A DNA stretch of 64,000 bases from a virus. The position numbers and the translations under genes are program-made. Below, one piece after another: positions 45,676 to 53,254 of this stretch (positions within the stretch are counted from its first letter, which is position 1; each line of letters begins with the position of its first letter). The stretch is taken from IMG/VR virus record IMGVR_UViG_3300028400_000003, positions 1 through 64,000 of that record; one strand, given 5' to 3'. The notes below the pieces were generated by a model that saw nothing but the letters and a program-made list of their open reading frames with translations, had not been told where the DNA came from and did not search any database.

Positions 45676-46353
45676 ATGCCCTGGAAAGACGACTTCGTTC
45701 TTGGAAAAAGCCAGGCGCTTTACGTCTACCTGCTTCCAGCCGGTAGCCGTGACGCACCTAGCAGCGTGACTTTTACGGTTAGCAACGCCGGCTCCGACGT
45801 GGCGGCTGGCAGTACGAGCATCCCGCTGGCTTCGGCCACGGGGGTAATTGTCCCGGAGGGGACGATCCTTACCTTTGGCAGCGTTGAGGTCTACGTCGCA
45901 CAGACGGCCCAAGCCACGGACACCAGCCTGACGGTTGATCCAACTTCGGCCGCGATTACGGACGGCTCGACGGCCACCTGGGACCAGATGGTGCGGGTTC
46001 ACGGTGGCACCAACAGCCCGTTCCAGGGGTCGAGCAACGAGCAGACCACCAACACTTACGAGTCGGGCGGTTGGACTGACGGTAAGGTGGTCAGCAACAC
46101 GTGGACGATCAACTGGTCAGGAAATTTCCGGCCCGATGACTACGGCTACAAGTACGTGCGGGATGCCTGGATGAACCAGCAAGAGCTTTACGTTCGCCAG
46201 GTACGTACCCGTGAGGATGGCAGCACCGCTGAAAAGCGCGAGGGGGTTTGCGCCGTCACCAGCTTCCAAGACGACGCACCCGCCGATGGCGTGGTCACCA
46301 CTAGCTTTACGCTAGTCGGGCGCGGTTCTCCGACCATCACGGAAACACCCTAG
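45676..46353 (+). CDS. major tail tube protein
   Basis: W.I..SG, G...VTSF....PADG..T.SFTL.G.G. Confidence 0.8.
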   Translation: MPWKDDFVLGKSQALYVYLLPAGSRDAPSSVTFTVSNAGSDVAAGSTSIPLASATGVIVPEGTILTFGSVEVYVAQTAQATDTSLTVDPTSAAITDGSTATWDQMVRVHGGTNSPFQGSSNEQTTNTYESGGWTDGKVVSNTWTINWSGNFRPDDYGYKYVRDAWMNQQELYVRQVRTREDGSTAEKREGVCAVTSFQDDAPADGVVTTSFTLVGRGSPTITETP

Positions 46354-46357
46354 TTCC

Positions 46358-46387
46358 AGAGGGGGCTTCGGCCCCCTCTTTTCTTTT
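46358..46387 (+). terminator. intrinsic terminator
   Basis: AGAGGGGGC-TTCG-GCCCCCTCT-TTTCTTTT. Confidence 0.88.
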
Positions 46388-46398
46388 GGCCTATACAC

Positions 46399-46427
46399 TT
46401 GACAAATAGGGCAAAGTCATATATAAC
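46399..46427 (+). promoter_or_regulatory. sigmaA promoter
   Basis: TTGACAAATAG...TATAAC, 17 bp spacer. Confidence 0.75.
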
Positions 46428-46448
46428 GAAATTAGAAAGGGGGCAGAG

Positions 46449-46640
46449 ATGGAAAAGAGGTTATTGGTTTACGAGGGGAATGTCAGGGAGGCACGCGAGG
46501 AGGCCCGTGCCGCGCTCAAGGCCGGGTATGTCGTCACCCTGGTCTTCGTTGGAACCGGTAAGAGCATCGAGGTCGAGCGCGTTCAGGAACTCGAGAATGC
46601 CCTGGCCATCTTTGAAGGGCGAGCGCTGGAGGTCGTGTGA
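46449..46640 (+). CDS. hypothetical protein
   Basis: RBS after the promoter. Confidence 0.55.
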   Translation: MEKRLLVYEGNVREAREEARAALKAGYVVTLVFVGTGKSIEVERVQELENALAIFEGRALEVV

Positions 46641-46879
46641 TGATCAAGGTGCTGGATCAAAAGGGTAGGCTGCACCTGTTTGGGCCTCACACGGTGTTTG
46701 AGCGGACAGGCACCCAGGTCGTGGCCCATGTGCTTGCTGGACTGGCCGTGCTCCACGGGGTTGGTGATCCGCACTACCACTCGATCACCCTTGCCGAATA
46801 CACTTCGGAAGCCGCTGCCGAAAGCGCCGTCATGAGCCTGGCCAGCGCCCAACCCACGGAGTTTGTCTACTTGGCGTAG
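46637..46879 (+). CDS. hypothetical protein
   Basis: Translational coupling. Confidence 0.5.
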   Translation: MMIKVLDQKGRLHLFGPHTVFERTGTQVVAHVLAGLAVLHGVGDPHYHSITLAEYTSEAAAESAVMSLASAQPTEFVYLA

Positions 46880-46886
46880 GTGTAAC

Positions 46887-47117
46887 ATGATACTGCTTTC
46901 ATTCTTCATCCTGTTGTTTCTGGCCCTGGTGCTCGTGCTACGCGCCGAGTTATCGCCTATGGACAAGGGGCGGCTGGCGCTTTTCATCGGCGTGCTGGCC
47001 GTTGCGGGTATGGTGTTCGCACTTCTGTTTGCCACGATCAACGCGATTGACCAGCACGAAAAAGAGGTGGACCGCCTGCTCATACAACTTGAGTCCGAGT
47101 TGAACCAAGGGCGGTAA
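46887..47117 (+). CDS. small membrane protein
   Basis: Two TM helices. Confidence 0.55.
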   Translation: MILLSFFILLFLALVLVLRAELSPMDKGRLALFIGVLAVAGMVFALLFATINAIDQHEKEVDRLLIQLESELNQGR

Positions 47118-47126
47118 CCCCTTGAC

Positions 47127-47172
47127 TTGACAAATAGCGCGTTACCATATAAGATAAAGGCAGGAGGTAGGT
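47127..47172 (+). promoter_or_regulatory. promoter+RBS cassette
   Basis: TTGACAAATAGCG...TAAGAT, CAGGAGGTAGG. Confidence 0.85.
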
Positions 47173-47508
47173 ATGCGAGTAAGCAAAATGCAGGTTGACC
47201 CCAAACTTGTTGCTAAGCTGGCCAAGATGAACTACGGCCCACACCTTCCGCTCAACATGAGGCGGGTGGAGAGCACAGAGGCCACGTTCATAGGGGCTAT
47301 GTTCCCCGAGTATCGGGTGACGCGCGGTCTGGCCGGTGAGGTGGTCTTTCACGAGGATGGCAAGATCGTGTTTGTTACCGCAGCCTACAACACCTACACC
47401 GGCGACCTTGAGATCAAGGGGCTTGCTGGCTTGGGGCCACGGGCAAGAGGGACCGTCGAGCGTCTGGCAAGAGCAGCCCTTGGGTTGAAGCAGGAGGTGA
47501 GGTCGTGA
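47173..47508 (+). CDS. early hypothetical protein
   Basis: After the cassette. Confidence 0.6.
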   Translation: MRVSKMQVDPKLVAKLAKMNYGPHLPLNMRRVESTEATFIGAMFPEYRVTRGLAGEVVFHEDGKIVFVTAAYNTYTGDLEIKGLAGLGPRARGTVERLARAALGLKQEVRS

Positions 47509-47825
47509 AGCACCGGCATAGGTACGTCTATGAAAGCCCACGTGGCTTCGCCAACGAGTTTGTGATCTATGTGGTCCCGGAGAGTTGGAAGGTTGCGAGC
47601 ATCTTCAGTTTTTCAAAGGCCGGGCGGTCGCTTCATCCCATCACTCGCAAGAAGGCCGTGGAGTCTTTACGCGGCTATCGCGGCAAGGATAGCCGGCGCT
47701 CGTTGTATGCGTGCCCGGTGTGCGGCTATGTTCCGGAAGGGGTGGCCGCAGGCGAGGTTGAGCGGCCGTGGTGGTCCAAGGCTGGCGATCTAAAGGCCTA
47801 CCTTGATAATGGCAGTTACTACTGA
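47505..47825 (+). CDS. hypothetical protein
   Basis: PRGFANE motif; CPVC. Confidence 0.55.
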   Translation: MKHRHRYVYESPRGFANEFVIYVVPESWKVASIFSFSKAGRSLHPITRKKAVESLRGYRGKDSRRSLYACPVCGYVPEGVAAGEVERPWWSKAGDLKAYLDNGSYY

Positions 47826-47833
47826 GGGCGGTC

Positions 47834-48877
47834 ATGGAAAAGGATTTCAGCTTTAGCTTGGTAGACGATATTCGCAACGACGGTAACGCGTTGCTGCTGA
47901 TCACGCGGTACGGTTCCCATCTGTACGGGACAGCAACAGAGGACTCAGACGAAGATTACGCAATCCTTTACGCCCCACCGCTTGGTGATATCCTGCTTGG
48001 CACAGAAAGGCACTCCTACCGGTACAATTCCAACGCGGACGGCAAGAACCACGCAGGCGACGTTGACATACAGGCGTCAAGCGTTAACGGGGTGGTCAAG
48101 CGGTTCATGAAGGGAGAGCTTGTAGCGCTCGATCTGCTTCATGCTCCAACCAATCCGCATGCGTTAATCTACATACACCCCGCCTTCATGCAGTTTCTAG
48201 AGGGCTACATTTGGAACCACCGGTTGACACCGGTACGCATGGCGGGCGTGCTCGGTTACATGCGCAACCAGGCTAACAAGTACGGGATGAAAGGCACCAA
48301 GCTTGGTGTAGCGTTGGAGCTTGATCGGGCGGTCAACCGCTTGATCGAGCGCTACGGTGGGGATACACTTATCAGCGCCGTAGCTAACGACATACCCGTA
48401 AACAAGCCGCATGTGCAATGGGCATGGATGGACGCCCTCGGAAAGGGCGGTTCCCATAAGAAGGTGCGAGCCCTGAACGTGTTCGGCCGCTTTGCCCCTG
48501 AATACTGGACGCTCGATCAGTTGAGCGTAGCCGTGCGTAGGGTGGTTGACGGTTATGGACACCGCTCACTCAAGGCAATGGAGCAAGAAGGCGTTGACTA
48601 CAAGGCGCTAAGCCATGCGCTCCGGGCCGCGCATGAGTATGAGGCTTACATCGGCGGCCACCTACGCTTCCCGCTGCCGCCGAACGTGGTAGACACCGTG
48701 CGGGCCATTAAGGAAGGTAGGATGGATTTTGCTCAGGCCAAGGCGGTAGTCGAAGCGGCCGTTGATCGGGTCATGCGGCTGCATGAGGCCAGGCAGGCGG
48801 ACAACGAGGCGGTGGAAGAAAATTATGCGCTGGCCAAGCAGGCGTTGAAGAACCTGTATGCCGCGCTTTGGGGGTAG
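47834..48877 (+). CDS. Pol-beta superfamily nucleotidyltransferase (T4 NrdC.11-like)
   Basis: GSHLYGT...SD.D, GY.R.QA.KYG.KG, YG.R, DYKALSHALR. Confidence 0.82.
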   Translation: MEKDFSFSLVDDIRNDGNALLLITRYGSHLYGTATEDSDEDYAILYAPPLGDILLGTERHSYRYNSNADGKNHAGDVDIQASSVNGVVKRFMKGELVALDLLHAPTNPHALIYIHPAFMQFLEGYIWNHRLTPVRMAGVLGYMRNQANKYGMKGTKLGVALELDRAVNRLIERYGGDTLISAVANDIPVNKPHVQWAWMDALGKGGSHKKVRALNVFGRFAPEYWTLDQLSVAVRRVVDGYGHRSLKAMEQEGVDYKALSHALRAAHEYEAYIGGHLRFPLPPNVVDTVRAIKEGRMDFAQAKAVVEAAVDRVMRLHEARQADNEAVEENYALAKQALKNLYAALWG

Positions 48878-48879
48878 CT

Positions 48880-49164
48880 ATGAAGTCCGGAAAGGTGCTC
48901 GGGTACAGGGTGACGGTAGACGGTCAGACGCTCACCGTAAACGACTGCCAGTTTTCGCCGTCGAGAGCCAGTTTTGGACCAGCGGCGAGCGGCATCAGGG
49001 TGGAATGCGCCGATGGTATCAAAGCCAGCTTCATGCTTGGGCGGTCCTTCTTCGTGGTAACCGTCAACGAAGCAGGTTGGAGAGTGGTGGCCAAACGCGC
49101 TCAGATCGTGCCTCGCGTGTTTGGGGGCGAGTGGGAGAGCGAGCGGAAGGCAAAGGTTACTTGA
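48880..49164 (+). CDS. hypothetical protein
   Basis: Operon packing. Confidence 0.45.
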   Translation: MKSGKVLGYRVTVDGQTLTVNDCQFSPSRASFGPAASGIRVECADGIKASFMLGRSFFVVTVNEAGWRVVAKRAQIVPRVFGGEWESERKAKVT

Positions 49165-49189
49165 CAAATATAACCAGGCAATATATAAT
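49161..49189 (+). promoter_or_regulatory. sigmaA promoter
   Basis: TTGACA-17-TATAAT, AGGAGGT downstream. Confidence 0.85.
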
Positions 49190-49301
49190 CAGGCAGGAGG
49201 TGCGAGGTAATGGCGAAGTTGATCTGGGGGGCCGTAGGGATTCTGGCCGTGGCCGTGGCGTTGTGGCTTGACATCAGGCGTGAGGGTTTGCCGTAGGGGG
49301 A

Positions 49302-49844
49302 GTGATGAAGGTTTATCTCGTAACGACTGAGCACATAGAAAATTGGGAGGGTATGGTAACCCGGGTGTGGGTTGCGGCGCAAAATGAGCGGCAGGCTGCC
49401 GCCATCGCCGCGCTCGCCTTCGATAAGATGCTTGGTAACTACCAGCCGGGCATCATCGGCAGCGATCCTCTAGACCCCTATGTCTATCCGCTGAGGGCTT
49501 CGTCTTATGCCCTTCTGGGCATCCTTGGCCAGAACCAGGTTTACGACATCGGAAAGACCCCGCAGCTGATCGAGGTAACCGAAGAGCAGGAAAAGCAGCT
49601 GATGAACCTGTTTTGGGGAACGCCGCCCGGTTCCGTGTATGAGCGTGGCGGCTTCACCCAGCCTGCCGAAGACTACATCTGCAAGAACTGCGGAACCGAG
49701 GTGGACTGCTTCGGGAGCTATCGGGAAGATGGGGAAGACGTTTGGCTTGCCGTTGACTGCGAAAACGGAGCACCGCTCGAAGCCTGCCCGCATTGCGGCC
49801 ACGGTGGAGTTTGGTGGAGGAAGAGGGGCAATGTCAAGAATTGA
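49302..49844 (+). CDS. protein with C-terminal Zn ribbon
   Basis: CKNC...VDC...CPHCG.GG.WW. Confidence 0.55.
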   Translation: MMKVYLVTTEHIENWEGMVTRVWVAAQNERQAAAIAALAFDKMLGNYQPGIIGSDPLDPYVYPLRASSYALLGILGQNQVYDIGKTPQLIEVTEEQEKQLMNLFWGTPPGSVYERGGFTQPAEDYICKNCGTEVDCFGSYREDGEDVWLAVDCENGAPLEACPHCGHGGVWWRKRGNVKN

Positions 49845-49985
49845 GCAGATCTTCGACTTTATTGGCAAGGCCATTCTGATCGCAGCGGCGGCCTGGATCA
49901 TCTTTTACATCGTCTACGTATCTATCACGGTGGCGGTGGACTGCAACATCGAGGCAGGACCATGCATTGAGGAGGTGAGCAGACC

Positions 49986-50372
49986 ATGACGGTCAAGAGC
50001 ACCACGGGTAGCACTCACCCACTCAAGCATCTTGATCTGGCCATACAAACCCTACGGGATGCACAGAAGCGCGTGCGTGAGCGTGGTTGCCACGAAGAGT
50101 ATGACCTGGCGAATGTGGAGTTTGACATTGGCACGGCCATGTTACAGATCAAACTGGCAGAACAAGCCTTCAAGTGGAGAGAGGTGGACAAGGTGGCCCC
50201 GCCAAAGGACGGGTCGCTTTTGATTATCGAGGAAGGGGGCGGTGAGTATGCGGTAGTACGGTGGAGTGAGAGGGACGGTCTCGAAGCCTGGCACAATGCC
50301 TATGGAGGCCCGGCAACCTTCATGAGAGACGAAGACATCGAGGGGCTGCGGTGGAGGCCGCTCACCCCCTAG
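49986..50372 (+). CDS. hypothetical protein (DUF551-like C-terminus)
   Basis: W.....PPKDG...W...WRPL. Confidence 0.5.
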   Translation: MTVKSTTGSTHPLKHLDLAIQTLRDAQKRVRERGCHEEYDLANVEFDIGTAMLQIKLAEQAFKWREVDKVAPPKDGSLLIIEEGGGEYAVVRWSERDGLEAWHNAYGGPATFMRDEDIEGLRWRPLTP

Positions 50373-50382
50373 GAGGTCACAT

Positions 50383-50850
50383 ATGCATGTTATCGAGAAA
50401 CCAGACGGCTCGGGCTTTTACATTGCCACACTTGAGGTGTTTGACGAAGGCGAGTGCGGCGTGAAAAGCCTGTTCACCTACGTGGGCTCGGGCCGCAACC
50501 CCGAGGAGGCCCTTGAGGAGGCTAAGAAGCAGCCCTGGTATGCATCGTTCGCTCCAAACCGCCATCTTCAAAGGGGAGACAGCGGCCCGCTCTTCGCCCC
50601 ACGGTCCATCAGCCTCAACATCTTCAAGGCCAAGCCGTGCCCATCCTGCGGCAATCATCATCTCACCTACGTTGCAAGTCAGAGAAACTGGATCGCGGTG
50701 ACCTGCGAGAACTGCCTTCTGATTGGCCCCAAGGTAGGCGGATACACCATCAACGATCCAGCTACCACACCATCGGCCAAGCTACGGGCGGTCCTAACTT
50801 GGAACACTTGGATCAAAACGTTTAAGGGAGAGAAGAAGGATGAAAGTTGA
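50383..50850 (+). CDS. Lar-like (restriction alleviation family) Zn-finger protein
   Basis: KPCP.CG...V.C..C...GP.....A...WN. Confidence 0.55.
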   Translation: MHVIEKPDGSGFYIATLEVFDEGECGVKSLFTYVGSGRNPEEALEEAKKQPWYASFAPNRHLQRGDSGPLFAPRSISLNIFKAKPCPSCGNHHLTYVASQRNWIAVTCENCLLIGPKVGGYTINDPATTPSAKLRAVLTWNTWIKTFKGEKKDES

Positions 50851-51217
50851 TCGGCGCATCTACTTGATTTTCGTGAATTACGCCCCTGACAAGGACCCTC
50901 CGGTTGAGCTTGACCTGACCAAGCGCTACCTTCACCCCCTCGGCGAGGCCGGATTCACGGTGGATCCGAGGATGGTCAACTACCGCGCCGAGGACTACGC
51001 CAGGCATGTTTGGGCCAGCATGCATGATCCGGACCCTTACCAGGGCCTCGACTTCGCGGCCTACATGGTGACCGGCCCTAGTACGGCTGCTTTGGTTTGG
51101 TGGAAACGGGCAGGTCGTGTACGCGGACGGTGGGCATCGTGGCACGGCAACCCGTCACACAAGCGGATCAAAGGTAAGTGGATCAAGAGTGAGGTAAACG
51201 AAGGGAGTGACGCATGA
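50840..51217 (+). CDS. hypothetical protein
   Basis: RBS, operon packing. Confidence 0.5.
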   Translation: MKVDRRIYLIFVNYAPDKDPPVELDLTKRYLHPLGEAGFTVDPRMVNYRAEDYARHVWASMHDPDPYQGLDFAAYMVTGPSTAALVWWKRAGRVRGRWASWHGNPSHKRIKGKWIKSEVNEGSDA

Positions 51218-51561
51218 GCGATCAGACGGCAGGCACACTTATCGAGGAGCTTAAGGAAGCGACGCAACGGTACAGCAAGGCGAGGGAAGAGTACATGAAG
51301 GCGGCCATCGAGCACCGCAAAGCTAAGGCGTGGCTGAAGGAGCTTGAAGCTAACCTGCTCATCGAAGGATCGGTGACGGGCAAGAATGCACAAGAGCGCG
51401 AGGCCTCACTGATGGCGCTCACATCGGATAAGCGGGATCAGGTCCTCGCGGCTGAGCATATGCTGAGCAAGGCATCCGCCAAGCTGGACATCGCCAGCGA
51501 GGAGCTGAAGACGGTGCGTGCGGCCATGAACTTTCTGGCCGCTAAAGAAGGTGGTAAGTGA
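51214..51561 (+). CDS. coiled-coil protein
   Basis: GKNA..R.A motif. Confidence 0.55.
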   Translation: MSDQTAGTLIEELKEATQRYSKAREEYMKAAIEHRKAKAWLKELEANLLIEGSVTGKNAQEREASLMALTSDKRDQVLAAEHMLSKASAKLDIASEELKTVRAAMNFLAAKEGGK

Positions 51562-51965
51562 TGGTGAAAAAGGTACTGCTTCTTCTGCTGCTCATGATTC
51601 CACTTGGGCTGTTTGCGGCTTGCAGTCAGGCTGACGTAGTTTCCAGCAACATCAGCCGAAAGGCCGATCAGTTTCAGGTTTACCGCCGGATCATCTTCTA
51701 CAACGGCATCACCGGCGAGTACATGCTGAACATCGAGGGCTACTGCTCGCTTGGGAACTACGATAAGGATGGCGAAGTATCGGTTACCTGCAAGGTAGGC
51801 CGGGGCAAGTACGTCAAGCACTACCTTGGACTAAGCGATAACGTGACCTACTTCGCGGAGCAGACCGTGGCCACCCCTGAAGACCCTTACCACTATGTGG
51901 TTTACTTCAGGCCAACCACCATCGTCCCCAACTTTGAGCTTGACGTGCCAGGGAGCCAGCGTTGA
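51558..51965 (+). CDS. conserved phage lipoprotein
   Basis: Lipobox FAAC; AD.F...RRI.F.NGIT, KHYLGLSDNVTYF. Confidence 0.75.
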   Translation: MMVKKVLLLLLLMIPLGLFAACSQADVVSSNISRKADQFQVYRRIIFYNGITGEYMLNIEGYCSLGNYDKDGEVSVTCKVGRGKYVKHYLGLSDNVTYFAEQTVATPEDPYHYVVYFRPTTIVPNFELDVPGSQR

Positions 51966-52171
51966 GTGGCAAGCGCCAGGTCTATGCCGTTTTGCGGCTT
52001 ACGAACGGGATCGTGGTTGAGGTGACGGGCATAGACGGCCACGGCCGCGAGGCGGTGGTGAACCTGCCGGAAGGAAGGTACCTTATACCGGTTTTTGATT
52101 CACTGGAAGAGGCGCGAGAGCAGTCCGAAGGTGGGAAGTACGATATCCTGGCGCTTGAAGTAGGCGAATGA
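51962..52171 (+). CDS. hypothetical protein
   Basis: Translational coupling. Confidence 0.45.
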   Translation: MSGKRQVYAVLRLTNGIVVEVTGIDGHGREAVVNLPEGRYLIPVFDSLEEAREQSEGGKYDILALEVGE

Positions 52172-52209
52172 CAACCTAGGAGGTACTGCGTGCTGTGGTA
52201 GGCTAAGCT

Positions 52210-52461
52210 ATGGTCTACTACAGCACGCATAAACGTGGCGGAGAGCCAGTAGTGTGCTTGTTTGGGGCCAGAAGGTTGACGGATGGAACGCTGGCCGTTG
52301 ACATACTCGCCGTTGCTGAGCGTTGGTCCCAAGCTGAAGTCGAGGTGCAAACACCACCCGATCACTCGCGCTCGCAAAAGATGCGTATACGCCTTCCGGA
52401 AGATGCCCTGAACCGCAGCGTGCCCATCATGATGCGGGAGGTTAGAATAGAGCAGATATGA
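52210..52461 (+). CDS. hypothetical protein
   Basis: Possibly leaderless after TAGGCT. Confidence 0.45.
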   Translation: MVYYSTHKRGGEPVVCLFGARRLTDGTLAVDILAVAERWSQAEVEVQTPPDHSRSQKMRIRLPEDALNRSVPIMMREVRIEQI

Positions 52462-52877
52462 GCCTACCGTTCAAAACACCAAAGCCGCAGCAAACGATTG
52501 AGGTTGGAGACAAGGCCACCGGCAAGGTCAAGGTCCCCGTTTACGGAGGCCTTCTTACCGGCGAAGCCATCGAGATTGCCAAGCTATTCCAGCAGGTGAG
52601 CAACGAACTTGGCAAGAGCGTTGACGACATTACGGATCAAGACCTGGTAGCCTACAAGGACGCGCTGGCGCTGATTGCGCTGAGGTATCGGGTCAAAGGT
52701 GGAGAACAGGCCACCCTTGAAGACCTGCAAACGGCCCCGTGGTCCGTAGTGGATGCACTGGCCAAACTAATGATCAACGAACTAAACGCCGAAGCCCTCC
52801 GGAACTTGCAGGCTGTCATCGCGGAGGAAGACGAGGGCGGTGAAACAAAAAAAGAAAAAAGCCAGCCGCGCAGCTAA
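52458..52877 (+). CDS. tail assembly chaperone (gpG)
   Basis: Upstream of the TMP; ends in a slippery A-run. Confidence 0.75.
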   Translation: MSLPFKTPKPQQTIEVGDKATGKVKVPVYGGLLTGEAIEIAKLFQQVSNELGKSVDDITDQDLVAYKDALALIALRYRVKGGEQATLEDLQTAPWSVVDALAKLMINELNAEALRNLQAVIAEEDEGGETKKEKSQPRS

Positions 52878-53254
52878 CGGATGACGATTGGACCCAGCTA
52901 TTTGCGCGGCTGGCCTACCACTATCCAAGCATCATTCACCACGAAAACTTCGCCTGGCTTCCGCTTGGGCTTGTCATGGCCCTCGACCACGCACTCCAAA
53001 CAATAGAATACGACCGGGCACAGCTATTGTCCTGGGGTGATGCGATGGTGGCCTACATAGTAGCTAAAACGGGTTTCGCAAACATACCCGATGCGAGGTT
53101 GGAGGACTTCAACCCGTTTGCCGTCGCACAGAAACGCTGGCCGCGCAAGGGAGCCAGGGAGTTTATACGCGAGGTCAAGGCCGGGCGTGTGCCTAGGTGG
53201 TTGCTAGGGTTCGCGCCTATCAACGAGCTTAAGTATGCTGCGGGGAATGATTAA
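52458..53254 (+). CDS. tail assembly chaperone gpGT via -1 frameshift
   Basis: A AAA AAA at 52847-52853; -1 frame open to 53254. Confidence 0.7.

Noticed and set aside
46887-47117. Holin
   Set aside because: Two TM helices, but no adjacent endolysin and it lies under an early-type promoter.
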